Of a stretch of DNA of 64,000 nt, positions 45,936 through 56,236 are shown piece after piece; position 1 is the stretch's first letter; every line of letters begins with the position of its first letter. The stretch lies in the NCBI GenBank assembly GCA_044229975.1, contig JBGARZ010000006.1, positions 480,001 to 544,000 of the forward strand, read 5' to 3'. The stretch is from Polyangiales bacterium (GTDB lineage: Bacteria; Myxococcota_A; Polyangia; Polyangiales; Ga0077539). A program made the position numbers and the translations under genes. The notes under the pieces were generated by a model. That model was not told where the DNA came from, ran no database searches, and saw nothing but the letters and a program-made list of their open reading frames with translations.

Positions 45936-46985
45936 GTGAGTCGAGGCGCCGCTCTCGCCTGTCTCGTCGGCACGCTGCTCGTCGCTACCAACGCAGCCGC
46001 GCAGACCCCCACCCCCACCGCGGTGCTGCGCTACGAGCGCAGCGACGATGCCGCCCAGTGCCCCGACGCCCAGGGCCTGCGCGACACCGTGGCCGCCCGA
46101 CTCGGCTACGACCCGTTTCGCGACGCGGCGCCCACCACGGTGCACGCCACCATCACCCGCAACCGCCGACGACTGCGCGGCCGCGTCGAGGTCACCAACG
46201 CCGCGGGCGCCACCGTCGGAACCCGCGAGATCGAGTCCTCCCGTCGCGACTGCGCCGAGATCGCTTCGGCCATGGCCCTCGCCATCAGCATCGTCATCGA
46301 CCCGCTCAGCCTCACCCGCCCGCCGCCACCACCCGCGCCGGTCGTGCCACCATCGCCACCACCGCCGCCACCACCACCGCCCGTCGTCGTGGTCGAGCCC
46401 ATCGCATCACCACCGCCACCGCCACCGCCGCCGATCGTCCGTCGCGCACCGCCGCCGCCGTCGCGTCGCCCCGCCGTCGAGGTCGCCCTCGGTGGTGGCG
46501 TCACGCTCGGTCACACGCCCGCTGCCACCGCCTCCGTCGCCGCCTCCGTCGCCCTCCGCTGGAACCTCGTCAGCCTCGCCCTCGAAGGCTCCCACGCCTT
46601 TCTGTCGTCGGCCGAGCTCGCGGGCGTCGGCGAGGTGCAGGCGTCGCTCGCCTCGGGGCGCATCGTTCCGTGCCTCAACCATCGATTCAGTCCGCGCTTC
46701 GAGGCTTCGGTCTGCGGTGTCCTCGCGTTGGGTGCGCTCAGCGCGACCGCCACCAGCGTCGACCTCGCCCGTCCCGCCGCGGCCTTCTACGCGGCGGTGG
46801 GCGCACGGCTCGCGGGCCGCTTCGCGCTGTCGCCCCTCCTCGGGCTGCGCGCCCGCGTCGACCTGCTCGGAAACGTCACGCCCGTCAGCCTCCAGATTCG
46901 CGACGGCGGGCGTGAGCGCGTGGTCTGGTCGACCTCCACGGCGTCGCTCACGGCGGGCCTCGACCTGGTCGCGACGTTTCCGTGA
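45936..46985 (+). CDS. Secreted protein with Pro-rich linker and probable C-terminal beta-barrel
   Basis: Signal peptide; CP...ARLGYDPF...C.E...A.ALAISI N-domain; poly-Pro linker; terminal LTAGLDLVATFP. Confidence 0.75.
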   Translation: MSRGAALACLVGTLLVATNAAAQTPTPTAVLRYERSDDAAQCPDAQGLRDTVAARLGYDPFRDAAPTTVHATITRNRRRLRGRVEVTNAAGATVGTREIESSRRDCAEIASAMALAISIVIDPLSLTRPPPPPAPVVPPSPPPPPPPPPVVVVEPIASPPPPPPPPIVRRAPPPPSRRPAVEVALGGGVTLGHTPAATASVAASVALRWNLVSLALEGSHAFLSSAELAGVGEVQASLASGRIVPCLNHRFSPRFEASVCGVLALGALSATATSVDLARPAAAFYAAVGARLAGRFALSPLLGLRARVDLLGNVTPVSLQIRDGGRERVVWSTSTASLTAGLDLVATFP

Positions 46986-47008
46986 CGGACCCAGCCACCT
47001 CGCGACAA
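46978..47008 (+). promoter_or_regulatory. Candidate ECF sigma promoter, copy 1
   Basis: TTCCGTGACGGA-N8-CCTCGCGACAA, shared with 48284-48313. Confidence 0.55.
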
Positions 47009-47575
47009 ACGCCCCCTGTGAGCGCGGCCATCGCCCACTCCCCGACGACCCAGCCAGGCCCCGTGGGGCTCGATTTCCGCACGATCTTCGAGACCGAGTT
47101 CGAGTACGTGTGGCACTCGCTGCGCCGCCTCGGCGTGCGCGAACGCGACGTCGACGACGTCACCCACGACACCTTCATCGTCGTGTACCGCACCCTCGAT
47201 CAGTACGACCCGGGCCGCCCGCTCCGACCGTGGCTCTTCGGCATCGCCACCCGCCACGCGGCCAACTACCGGCGTCGCGCCCACCACCGCGGCGACGTCA
47301 TGGAACCCACCACCGAGGTCGCCGACCAGTCCCGCGGCGCCGACGAGGCCCTCGCGTCGCGACAGGCCACCGACCTCGTGCAGGCCGCGCTCGACACGCT
47401 CGACGACGACCGCCGCAACGTCTTCGTCCTCCACGAGCTCGACGGAACCTCCGTCCCCGACATCGCCGCCGCCCTGTCGATCCCATTGAACACGGCCTAC
47501 TCCCGGCTCCGCCTCGCGCGCGAACACTTCAGCGCCGCCGTCCGGAGACTCCGCGCCGCGCGAGGTGAGCGATGA
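46982..47575 (+). CDS. ECF RNA polymerase sigma-70 factor
   Basis: YVWHSLRRLGV...DDVTHDTF, RPWLFGIA, VFVLHELDG...IA..L.IPLNTAYSRLRLAR. True start may be downstream (GTG 47018). Confidence 0.93.
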   Translation: MTDPATSRQTPPVSAAIAHSPTTQPGPVGLDFRTIFETEFEYVWHSLRRLGVRERDVDDVTHDTFIVVYRTLDQYDPGRPLRPWLFGIATRHAANYRRRAHHRGDVMEPTTEVADQSRGADEALASRQATDLVQAALDTLDDDRRNVFVLHELDGTSVPDIAAALSIPLNTAYSRLRLAREHFSAAVRRLRAARGER

Positions 47576-48291
47576 GCCACGACCACGATCACCTCTCCCC
47601 CGATGTGCAGGCGCTGGTCGACGAGGCCCGCGCGCTGCCCCGCGTCCCGGTCTCCTCGCGCGACGCCGTCCGTCAGCGGCTCGCCGCCTCGCTGGCCGTC
47701 CCGCTCGTGGCGCCGCCCGCACCCGCACCCGCACCGTCTTCCCTCGCGGCGCTCCGCTCGCCCTTCACGCTCGCCACCTTCGTCGTCGGCGCGCTCTCTG
47801 GCGCCGCGGCGTACCGCGCCCTCGCACCGCGGCCCGCGCCCGTCACCGTCGTTCGCGTGGTGCAGGCCGCGCCTCCGGTCGTCGCGCCGCCCGTCATCGA
47901 GACGCCGGTGGTCGCCCAGGTTGCGCCGACGGTCGATGTGCCTGCGGCTGTTGCGCCGGCGGTGGTCGCGGCGGATGTTCCTACGCACTCGCGCGGCGGC
48001 GCCCACGAGTCCGACGAGGAGTCGCTCGGCAACGAGCGCGCGGTGCTGGAGCTCGCCCGCACCAACCTCGCGCACGGACGGTCGTCGGCCGCCATCGAAG
48101 CGCTCGAACGCCACGCCCGTCGCTTTCCCCACGGTCGGCTCGGTCCCGAGCGTGAGAGCACCTGGGTGCAGGCGTTGGTGTCGGCGGGTCGCTACGACTC
48201 GGCGCGCGAACACGCCGCGCGTTTTCGGCGGGCGTATCCGGGGAGCATGTTCCAATCGGTGGTCGACGCGGCGCTGCGTGAGATTCCGTGA
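47572..48291 (+). CDS. Putative anti-sigma membrane protein with C-terminal TPR-like domain
   Basis: ATGA overlap with the sigma gene; single TM; ERAVLELAR...ALERHARRFPHGRL..ER. Confidence 0.75.
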   Translation: MSHDHDHLSPDVQALVDEARALPRVPVSSRDAVRQRLAASLAVPLVAPPAPAPAPSSLAALRSPFTLATFVVGALSGAAAYRALAPRPAPVTVVRVVQAAPPVVAPPVIETPVVAQVAPTVDVPAAVAPAVVAADVPTHSRGGAHESDEESLGNERAVLELARTNLAHGRSSAAIEALERHARRFPHGRLGPERESTWVQALVSAGRYDSAREHAARFRRAYPGSMFQSVVDAALREIP

Positions 48292-48313
48292 CGGAACCCC
48301 CTCCTCGCGACAA
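48284..48313 (+). promoter_or_regulatory. Candidate ECF sigma promoter, copy 2
   Basis: TTCCGTGACGGA-N7-CCTCGCGACAA, about 60 bp upstream of ATG 48376. Confidence 0.55.
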
Positions 48314-48375
48314 TCGATAGTCAGCGGGTCGACGCCCACCGCATCACGCGGCGGGCGCCCGAAGGGAACAACATC

Positions 48376-50439
48376 ATGAACCGAGTTCGATGGATCGCCG
48401 TGGCGTGCGCCATGGTCGCGACGGCTTGCTCTGGCGAGACCCTCACGGTCGGTGAAAACGACGCGTCGACGGCGAGCGACGTCGGGACGGGAGACGTCGC
48501 CACAAAGGACGCAGGCTCGACCGACACGGGTGTTGCCGACGTGGGCTCCACCGACAGTGGCACCGCGGACACGGGCCCAACGGACACAGGCTCGACCGAC
48601 GCGGGATCAACGGACACCGGCAGCACCGATGTCAGCACCATCGATGTCGGCATCGCGGACGCCGAGACCGATGCGGACGTCGGCTCAACCGACGCCGGAA
48701 CGACCGACAGCGGCGTGAGTGACGTGCCGACGGACGTCCGCGTGCCGCCGACCTCCGGCACCCTCCAGGTCAACATGGTGGGCAACCCCACCAACGCGCG
48801 CGTGACCGTCGTGGGCCTGGCACCGGTCACCTTCTCCCAGTCGCTCGAAGCGAGCACCACGCTCACCGGCGTGGTGTTCGGCACCTACCGGCTGACGGCG
48901 CCCACCGCCATCTTCGGCGGCCAGTCCTACGTCGCGATGCCCGCGACCGTCGACGCGCAGGTCACGGCGGAGGAGTCGCCGAGCGTCACGTTCGCCTACA
49001 CGGCCATGAACAATCCGCCGACCATCAACATCGTCGCCGACCAGACCCTCTACGTGAACGCGCAGACGCCGACCCTCGTCCCCTTCACGGTCAACGACGT
49101 CGAGGACGGCCCCGCCGGCCTCGTGCCCGCGGCCGTGTCGAGCGACACCAATATGGTCACCGTCGGCGTCACCTCCTCCAGCTCCGGGTGGGTCCTCTCG
49201 CTCCTCCCCGGCCGCACCGCGGGGGCCGCCACGGTCACCATCTCCGTCACGGACTCGCTCGGCCGACCTACCACCCTCGTGGTGCGCGTCATCGTCTCGG
49301 CAGAGGCCGTCGTCACCACCAACGCCGACACGGGCGTGGGCTCGCTGCGCGCGGTCATCGGCGCGGTTCGCCCCGGGGCGACGGTGACCTTCGCGCCGTC
49401 GGTGGTCTCGCCCATCCGCCTCAACTCCACCATCCGCGTCACGAACCCGATCATCATCCAGGGCCCCGGCGCCGACGTCCTCACCATCGACGGCCACGAC
49501 GACGTCCAGATGCTCCAGGTCACGGTCCCCCTCACCGTCTCCGGCCTGACCTTCTCACACGGGTACTCGGGCTCCTTCGGCGCGGCGATCCAGGCGCCCA
49601 ACATGGGCACCCCCCTCACGGTGCGCGACTGCACCTTCGACGCCAACGTCTCGGGCATGCTGGGCGGCGCGATCTACGCCAACAGCAACCTCTCCCTGTC
49701 CCGCAGCCTCTTCACCGCCAACCGCTCGAACAGCGGCGGCGCAGTGCAGGCCCAGGGCCCGGTCAACACCATCACCGGCTGCACCTTCCGCTCGAACGTC
49801 GCCAACCTCTTCGCCGGCGCGGTGCAGGCGTACGCGGCCACGCAGCACACCATCTCCGACTGCGCGTTCGTCTCGAACTCCGCCACCGCGGGCGGGGCGA
49901 TCTCGGTCAACGGCAACAACTGCATCGTGGCCATCAACAACTGCACCCTGGCGACCAACACGGCGTCCTTCGCGGGCGGCGCCATCGTCATCAACGGCAC
50001 CGGGGCCCTGGTGTCGATGTCCTTCAGCACCGTGACCGGGTCGTCGGGCAGCTCCGCGCTCAACGCCACGACGGGCGGCTATCGGATCAAGAACAGCATC
50101 GTCGCGGGCAACGCCAACGGCGACCTCTCGGCCGTCGGCGAGTTCATCTCCGGCGGCCGCAACATCATCGGCGTCACGAGGGGCACGTCGTACTCCGGCC
50201 CCGACGTGGGCGTCGGCGACGACCAGACCGGCGTCACCATCGCGCTCGACCCGGTGAGCAGCTACGGCGGCCTCACGCCCACGGTGCGCCTGCCCGCCGG
50301 GAGCATCGCGCTCGACGTCATCCCCGCCGCCGAGTGCACCACCTACGCGGGTCCGCTCGCCACCGACCAGCGCGGCCGGGCCCGCCCCGCCAACACCCGC
50401 TGCGACGTCGGCGCCTTCGAGCGCCAGTCCACCGACTGA
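48376..50439 (+). CDS. Lipoprotein with DxG stalk, Ig-like domains, right-handed beta-helix (Pmp-like GGAI/FxxN) and choice-of-anchor-Q-like end
   Basis: Lipobox VATAC; VTTNADTGVGSLR; GGAI/FxxN repeats; YGGLTPT...S.ALD...DQRG..R...CDVGAFE. Confidence 0.85.
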   Translation: MNRVRWIAVACAMVATACSGETLTVGENDASTASDVGTGDVATKDAGSTDTGVADVGSTDSGTADTGPTDTGSTDAGSTDTGSTDVSTIDVGIADAETDADVGSTDAGTTDSGVSDVPTDVRVPPTSGTLQVNMVGNPTNARVTVVGLAPVTFSQSLEASTTLTGVVFGTYRLTAPTAIFGGQSYVAMPATVDAQVTAEESPSVTFAYTAMNNPPTINIVADQTLYVNAQTPTLVPFTVNDVEDGPAGLVPAAVSSDTNMVTVGVTSSSSGWVLSLLPGRTAGAATVTISVTDSLGRPTTLVVRVIVSAEAVVTTNADTGVGSLRAVIGAVRPGATVTFAPSVVSPIRLNSTIRVTNPIIIQGPGADVLTIDGHDDVQMLQVTVPLTVSGLTFSHGYSGSFGAAIQAPNMGTPLTVRDCTFDANVSGMLGGAIYANSNLSLSRSLFTANRSNSGGAVQAQGPVNTITGCTFRSNVANLFAGAVQAYAATQHTISDCAFVSNSATAGGAISVNGNNCIVAINNCTLATNTASFAGGAIVINGTGALVSMSFSTVTGSSGSSALNATTGGYRIKNSIVAGNANGDLSAVGEFISGGRNIIGVTRGTSYSGPDVGVGDDQTGVTIALDPVSSYGGLTPTVRLPAGSIALDVIPAAECTTYAGPLATDQRGRARPANTRCDVGAFERQSTD

Positions 50440-50442
50440 CCC

Positions 50443-52053
50443 TCAGTACACGTTGTCGCGATAGCCGGTCGGGGTCTGCGCGCCCGTGTTGGTGCGCGGC
50501 CCCACCGCCCGCGGCGGCCTCCGCGGCCCCCTCGTCGGCCCCGCCACGACACTCCCCGCATCGACCTCCGCCGGATTCACCACCGGCATCGGCGGAACCT
50601 CCGTCGCCCTCGGCCGCAGCCGCGCGACGTGGGCGATGCGCGCCCCCGACAGCGTCACCTGCTCGTCCTCGAAGCCCTCGCGACGAAACACCAGCGTGTG
50701 CGAAGCGCTGGGGTTGCCGCGCGCGCCCGTCCAGGTGTTGCGGAGGGGCGTGCGCCCGATGGACACGCCGTCTTCGAGCACCTCGGCGCCCACCGGGTCG
50801 CTGTCGAGCGCGAGCTGCACCGACGGCATCGCGGCGGCCACCGGCGGTGCGACGGACGGCGCGGCGACCATGCGGATGAGCACGCCGAGGCCGACCGCGA
50901 GCACGAAGAGCCCGGCGACCATGAGCACCGGCGAGGTGCGGCGCTCGCGCGAGAGCGGCGGAACGGTGGCATCGGCAGGAGCGGCGATGACCAGCGGCTC
51001 GGACGGCGTGAAGGGGCGCGAGACCGGCGGCAGCGGCGGAGGCAGCGACGAGGCGATGGGCGCGAGGCCGCCCTCGTTGGGCGTGATGCCTCTGGCCGCC
51101 GCGACGCTCATGAACTCACCCGACATCGACCCGAGCGGTCGGCCGAGCGAGGCGCCCGCCTGCTTGATGGCGGCGATGAGGTCGTCGGTGGTGGCGTAGC
51201 GTTCGTCGGAGCGCTTCGCGAGGCAGCGGTAGACGATCTCCTCCACCGCGGCCGGAACCTGCACCAGGGGGTTGGCCTCGATGAGCGCCGGCACCGGGTC
51301 GCTCACGTGCGCCATGAGCAGGTTGACCGAGCTCGCGCGCTCGAAGGGGACCTTCCCCGTGAGCATCTCGTACAGGATCACCCCGAGCGAGTAGATGTCC
51401 GTCGCGGGCGAGACCCGCTCACCGCGAATCTGCTCCGGGGCCATGTACTTGGGCGAACCCATGAAGAGCCCGGTCTGGGTGAGGGCCTCTTCGGGGGTCT
51501 CGTCGGTGCGCTTGAGCAGCCCGAAATCCAGCACCTTCACGAAGTCCGGGTCTTCGTCGTGGCGGATCAGGAAGAGGTTGGCCGGCTTCAGGTCGCGGTG
51601 GATGACCCCGTGCTTGTGCGCCTCACGCAACGCACGACACGCCTGGATGAGGATGTGCAGCGCGCGGCCTACTTCGAGCGGCGACTCTTCGCGCAGGAGC
51701 CGGTGGAGGGTGCGACCCTCCAGGTACTCCATCGCCATGAAGTACACGTTGTCCGACGACTGTCCGTAGTCGTAGAGCGTGACCGTGTTGGGGTGCGTGA
51801 GCTTCGAGACGATCGACGCTTCGAGGAAGAAGCGCTTGTGGAACTCGGGGTCGTTTTCGCCGTTGTAGTTGGGCTGAAGCACCTTGAGCGCGACGATGCG
51901 CCCGAGCGGCGCCTGCTCGGCGCGGTAGACCTTGCCCATGCCCCCGCGGGCGATGACCGAGAGCACCTTGAAGCGGTCGTTGATGATCCGCCCGAGGAGC
52001 GGATCTCCCCCGGCGGTCGACGTCCCTGTGGTGGTGCTGACGGGCTCGGCCAT
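50443..52053 (-). CDS. Membrane Ser/Thr protein kinase with PEGA-like domain
   Basis: ARGGMGKVY, VALKVL, HRDLKPAN, DFGL, GSPKYMAPE; TM; SDPVGAEV...IGRTP. Confidence 0.93.
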   Translation of the reverse strand: MAEPVSTTTGTSTAGGDPLLGRIINDRFKVLSVIARGGMGKVYRAEQAPLGRIVALKVLQPNYNGENDPEFHKRFFLEASIVSKLTHPNTVTLYDYGQSSDNVYFMAMEYLEGRTLHRLLREESPLEVGRALHILIQACRALREAHKHGVIHRDLKPANLFLIRHDEDPDFVKVLDFGLLKRTDETPEEALTQTGLFMGSPKYMAPEQIRGERVSPATDIYSLGVILYEMLTGKVPFERASSVNLLMAHVSDPVPALIEANPLVQVPAAVEEIVYRCLAKRSDERYATTDDLIAAIKQAGASLGRPLGSMSGEFMSVAAARGITPNEGGLAPIASSLPPPLPPVSRPFTPSEPLVIAAPADATVPPLSRERRTSPVLMVAGLFVLAVGLGVLIRMVAAPSVAPPVAAAMPSVQLALDSDPVGAEVLEDGVSIGRTPLRNTWTGARGNPSASHTLVFRREGFEDEQVTLSGARIAHVARLRPRATEVPPMPVVNPAEVDAGSVVAGPTRGPRRPPRAVGPRTNTGAQTPTGYRDNVY

Positions 52054-52187
52054 GCGCTCCGATGAACGGTCTGTCGACGTCTGAAAACCCCCGACGACCG
52101 GTCTCGGGAGATTGTTCCACCCGTGGCGGAGGGCGTCAACGATCGGGATGGGTTGCGAGCGGGGAGCGCTCGTGCTGCCCTTCGCGC

Positions 52188-53870
52188 ATGAACGCACGCA
52201 AGCGACGGTGGGGAGCGGGGCTTCTGGGCATGGCGCTGTTGGCGGTTCCGACCGCGGCGCTCGCGGTCGACGAGACGACCCTCGCGGTCGACCTCGACGA
52301 TGGCGTCTCCGATGCTGATGTCCGCGCCCTCGCCGCGCGCCATCACATCACGCTCACGGCCAACAGCCCGATGGCCGTGAGCGACCGCCTCTACCTCGCG
52401 ACGGTCCCCACGGAAGACGCGACCCGTGTGCTGAGCGAGCTCGCCGCGGACTCCGACGTCGACGCCGCCGAGCCCAACATGGAGATGCGCGCGCTCTTCG
52501 TTCCCAACGACCCGATGTACGAGCGGCAGTGGGGCATGACCCGCGTCGGGCTCCCTCGCTCGTCCGAAGTCACCTGCGGCCAGGGCGTGACCGTCGCGGT
52601 CATCGACACCGGCGTCGCGTGTGAAAACCACGGCGAGTTCACCCGCATCCCCGACCTCGCCGGCACCCGCTGCCTCCCCGGCTGGAACTTCGTCAACGAC
52701 ACCGCCCACGCCAACGACGACCAGGGTCACGGCACCCACGTCGCGGGCACCATCGCGCAGACCACCAACAACCGCTTCGGCACCGCGGGCGTGGCCTTCT
52801 GCGCGGCGATCCTGCCGGTGAAGGTGCTGAGCGCGAGCGGCAGCGGCTCGCTCGCCGACGTCGCCGACGGCATCCGCTGGGCGGCCGACCACGGCGCCGA
52901 CGTCATCAACCTCTCCCTCGGCGGCGACGGCCGCTCGAAGATCATGGACGAGGCCGTCGCCTACGCGCACCGCCGCGGCACCACCGTCGTCTGCGCCGCG
53001 GGCAACAACGGCCGCGCGGTGGGATCGCCCGCCAACGCGCCGCACTCCATCGCCGTGAGCGCCATCGACTCTGGCGACCAGATCGCGTTCTTCAGCTCGC
53101 GCGGCCAGGAGATCGCCATCGCCGCCCCCGGCGTGAACATCCTCCAGCAGACGATCTGCGAGCGCGGCCGCAACCGCTGCGAGCAGTTCGCGTCGTGGTC
53201 GGGCACCTCCATGGCCGCGCCGCACGTCGCGGGTGTCGCCGCGCTCATCCACTCGCTCGGCGTCACCGACCCCGACGCCGTGCGCGACATCCTCCAGCGC
53301 CACGCCACCCCGACAGCCCACGGCGGCGCCGAGCGCACCCTCTACGGCGCTGGCGTCGTCAGCGGGTCGGTGGCCAGCGATGCGACGCTCCAGTCGTCGG
53401 GCATCGCCCGCGCGGTGATGCTCGCGCTCCTCGCCATCGGGCTCGCGCTCTACATCCGCAGCAAGAAGGGCCAGCTCACCGTCGGCTGGTTGCTCCCTGC
53501 CATCGTCACGGGTGTCGGCCTCTTCGTCCTGCCGAACTTCGTCGGTCACTATGTTCCCGGCGTCGACTTCGCGATGCGTCCGGCCGCCACCTGGGACGTG
53601 CTGCTCTTCGGCGCGCACCTGCACCGCTGGCTGCCCTTCGCCAACATCGGCGTCGTGCTCGCGCTGGTGGCGCTCGGCTTCTCGCGCCCGCTGCTGCGCT
53701 CGGCCATCGGCGGCGTGGCGCTGGGGACGGCGTCGTTCCTGCTGACGGAGCTGTACCTGGGCACCGGGTTCGCGCCGCTCGGCTCGCTGCTCTACTTCGG
53801 CTGGATCGGCTTCAACGTCGCCGTCTGCCTCTGGATCGCCCGCATCGGCATCGACCACAAGACCCGTTAG
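52188..53870 (+). CDS. S8 (subtilisin-like) serine peptidase with C-terminal membrane domain
   Basis: VAVIDTG, HGTHVAG, AAGN, GTSMAAPHVAG; about five C-terminal TM helices. Confidence 0.93.
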   Translation: MNARKRRWGAGLLGMALLAVPTAALAVDETTLAVDLDDGVSDADVRALAARHHITLTANSPMAVSDRLYLATVPTEDATRVLSELAADSDVDAAEPNMEMRALFVPNDPMYERQWGMTRVGLPRSSEVTCGQGVTVAVIDTGVACENHGEFTRIPDLAGTRCLPGWNFVNDTAHANDDQGHGTHVAGTIAQTTNNRFGTAGVAFCAAILPVKVLSASGSGSLADVADGIRWAADHGADVINLSLGGDGRSKIMDEAVAYAHRRGTTVVCAAGNNGRAVGSPANAPHSIAVSAIDSGDQIAFFSSRGQEIAIAAPGVNILQQTICERGRNRCEQFASWSGTSMAAPHVAGVAALIHSLGVTDPDAVRDILQRHATPTAHGGAERTLYGAGVVSGSVASDATLQSSGIARAVMLALLAIGLALYIRSKKGQLTVGWLLPAIVTGVGLFVLPNFVGHYVPGVDFAMRPAATWDVLLFGAHLHRWLPFANIGVVLALVALGFSRPLLRSAIGGVALGTASFLLTELYLGTGFAPLGSLLYFGWIGFNVAVCLWIARIGIDHKTR

Positions 53871-53967
53871 ACCGTCTCCCCTCCTCTCGCACCCCATCCG
53901 ACAAACCAGACGCCGCCTGTCACGCGGGCGTTGTGATCGCGCTCCCTCTTGAACGACACTCGTCGCG

Positions 53968-55392
53968 ATGAGGTCGGGGGCGTGGTTCGCAATCGTGGTC
54001 GATGGGTTGCTCTTCGGCGCGTCCGTGTCCGCCGACCCGGTGCCCGTGCTCACGGTCTCGGTGCGCGACCGCGGGCCCTCCGCCGAGCAGGTCGCCGCGG
54101 TGGTGACCTCCGTCGGCGCCGACGCCCGATCGGGCGATGAGCTCCGTCGCGATCTCCTCGACCACTTCGGTCGTTACGCCCCGCAGGAGGACGTCCTGCG
54201 TCCGCAGCGCGAGGCCATCACCGCGGGCGAAAACGCCTACTTCGCGCAAGGGCGCGCGGCCGGTCGTCGTCGCATCCAGCCCGCGCTCACCGCGATGGAG
54301 GCCGCCCCCGAGGCGCTCGAACTCCAGGAGAACAACCGCGCCGCGTACCTGAAGGGGTTGTTCTTGCTGGCGCGCATGGCGCACGAGGAGAGACATCCCG
54401 ACGAGGCCGAGACGTGGCTGCGCCGGGCCTTCGCGTTCGACCCGTGGTGGATGCCCTCCAACTACGACTGCCCGGAGCGCTTCCGCCCCATCGTCGCGCG
54501 CCTCCGCCCCGCCGCGGCCACCAGCTCCGCCCCGACCGCCACCGGAACACTCTCCGTCCGCGCCCCGCGCGAAGGCTGCACCCTCTCGGTCGACGACACC
54601 CGCTCCGCCTCCACCGCACAGACCGTGTCGCAGTCCGTCCCCGCTCGCTCGCACCGCGTGTCGCTGCGCTGCGCCGAGGCGTCCCGCGTCCGCTCGGTGA
54701 CCGTCGCCGCGGGCGCCACCACGTCCCTCGTGATGGACCCGCGCCTCGACGCGCTCCTCCGCGTGGCCGAGCTCCCGGGGCTCAACTACCAGACCGCTCC
54801 GGAGTCTCCCGCCGTGGTCGTCGGCGACGCCGCCGCGGTGGGCGCCTCGCTCGGCGTCGAGCGCGTGGTGCTCCTCACTGGCGACCGACCGCTCGTGGTC
54901 GACGTGCGCCGCGGCGAGGTCGTCCACGACGCGATGTCCGCGCAGGTCGAGCGCGCGCTCGGGTTGGGCGCGGCTTTACCTGCTCCGGTAAGCGTGGCGC
55001 CTCCCATCGACCCGCGCATCGACGTCACCCCGCGTCCGACGCGCGGACCGGGCGCAGGACCGTGGGTGCTCGTGGGCGTCGGCGCAGGCGCGTTGGTGGC
55101 GGGCGGAGTGTTCTTCTACCTGCGCGGCGCACCGCTCGAATCGTTCGAGAGTCTCTGTCCCGCTGGCACCTGCCCCGATGACGCCACGGGAGAACGGGCG
55201 ACGCCCTTCCGGGACGAAGCCTCGCTCTACACCACGCTGACCTTCGTCTCGGCTGGCGTCGGGCTCGCGGCCGTGGCCGGTGGGCTCATCTGGTACGCCG
55301 TCGCGCCTCGCCGTCCCGCTCCGGTCGCCTTCCGCGCGAGCCCGTGGGCCTCGCCGGGAGCGCTCGGCTTCACCCTCGACGCCCGCTTCTGA
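53968..55392 (+). CDS. Secreted/membrane hypothetical protein (TPR-like, PEGA-like, myxobacterial C-terminal hairpin)
   Basis: Signal-like N-terminus; GPWVLVGVGAGALVAGGVF...C....C...GGLIWY; terminal ARF. Confidence 0.7.
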   Translation: MRSGAWFAIVVDGLLFGASVSADPVPVLTVSVRDRGPSAEQVAAVVTSVGADARSGDELRRDLLDHFGRYAPQEDVLRPQREAITAGENAYFAQGRAAGRRRIQPALTAMEAAPEALELQENNRAAYLKGLFLLARMAHEERHPDEAETWLRRAFAFDPWWMPSNYDCPERFRPIVARLRPAAATSSAPTATGTLSVRAPREGCTLSVDDTRSASTAQTVSQSVPARSHRVSLRCAEASRVRSVTVAAGATTSLVMDPRLDALLRVAELPGLNYQTAPESPAVVVGDAAAVGASLGVERVVLLTGDRPLVVDVRRGEVVHDAMSAQVERALGLGAALPAPVSVAPPIDPRIDVTPRPTRGPGAGPWVLVGVGAGALVAGGVFFYLRGAPLESFESLCPAGTCPDDATGERATPFRDEASLYTTLTFVSAGVGLAAVAGGLIWYAVAPRRPAPVAFRASPWASPGALGFTLDARF

Positions 55393-55504
55393 TCGCCTTC
55401 CGGCTCTCTTGATGCCGCGCTTGACGCGGTGCTAGCTTGGCGAACGTTTTCCGACGGCGGGGCAACCAGTCTCACCACCGGGAAGTTTCTCGTACGGAGG
55501 TTTC

Positions 55505-56227
55505 ATGCGCACGGCCGTGGTTCTCGTCTCGCTCGCAGGTGTGTTTGGTGCTGTCTCCCTCGGGTCGCCCCGCGAGGCGCAGGCGCAGACGGTCAACGAG
55601 ATCTCACCGACGGGCAAGGGCATCGCCGGCTGCGCGCTGCTGGGCGCTGACACCGTGATGCTCATCGAAGCCGCCGCGGGCGCGCGGCCGACGTGGGCGT
55701 ACATCCTGGGCGGCGGTCTCGGCGCCGTCGCGGGCGGCGTGGGCGGCTACTTCCTGGAGCAGGCCGCCGTCGGCGACAGCACCCTCACCGGCATCACCGT
55801 GGGCACGCTCGTGGTGGGCCTCGGGCTCGCCATCCCGGCCACCATCGCGACGCTCAGCGCCACCGCGTACAACCCCGAAAACGATCAGCCCGCCGAGGAC
55901 AACGCGCCCGCCAGCGGCCCGCTCGACGAAGGCTCCGCCACCACGGCGCCGGCCGCTCCTGCCGCCGCGCCCGCCGCCGCGCCCGCCACGGGTGGTGCGA
56001 CGTCACCGACCTCGGACATCCTCCCGGTCACCCCGCGTCGCTCGCGCGCGCTCGTGGCCCGCACCGTCATCCGCCCGACGGGCCTGCTCGACATCAACCA
56101 GACGGGGCTGTCGCTCGCGGTCCCCGCCATCAACGTGGGCAGCAACGTGAGCCTCCAGGAAGTCCGCCAGTACGGCGTGACGCCCGTGTCCGAGCTGCGC
56201 GTCCCGCTGCTCTCCGGCACCTTCTAG
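55505..56227 (+). CDS. Secreted Gly-zipper-like hypothetical protein
   Basis: GGAGG RBS; signal peptide; GGGLGAVAGGVGGY; terminal PLLSGTF. Confidence 0.72.
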   Translation: MRTAVVLVSLAGVFGAVSLGSPREAQAQTVNEISPTGKGIAGCALLGADTVMLIEAAAGARPTWAYILGGGLGAVAGGVGGYFLEQAAVGDSTLTGITVGTLVVGLGLAIPATIATLSATAYNPENDQPAEDNAPASGPLDEGSATTAPAAPAAAPAAAPATGGATSPTSDILPVTPRRSRALVARTVIRPTGLLDINQTGLSLAVPAINVGSNVSLQEVRQYGVTPVSELRVPLLSGTF

Positions 56228-56236
56228 AGCGACGGT

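Noticed and set aside
1775..50439. Diversity-generating retroelement acting on variable-tip lipoproteins
   Set aside because: No reverse transcriptase and no TR/VR pair with adenine-specific differences seen
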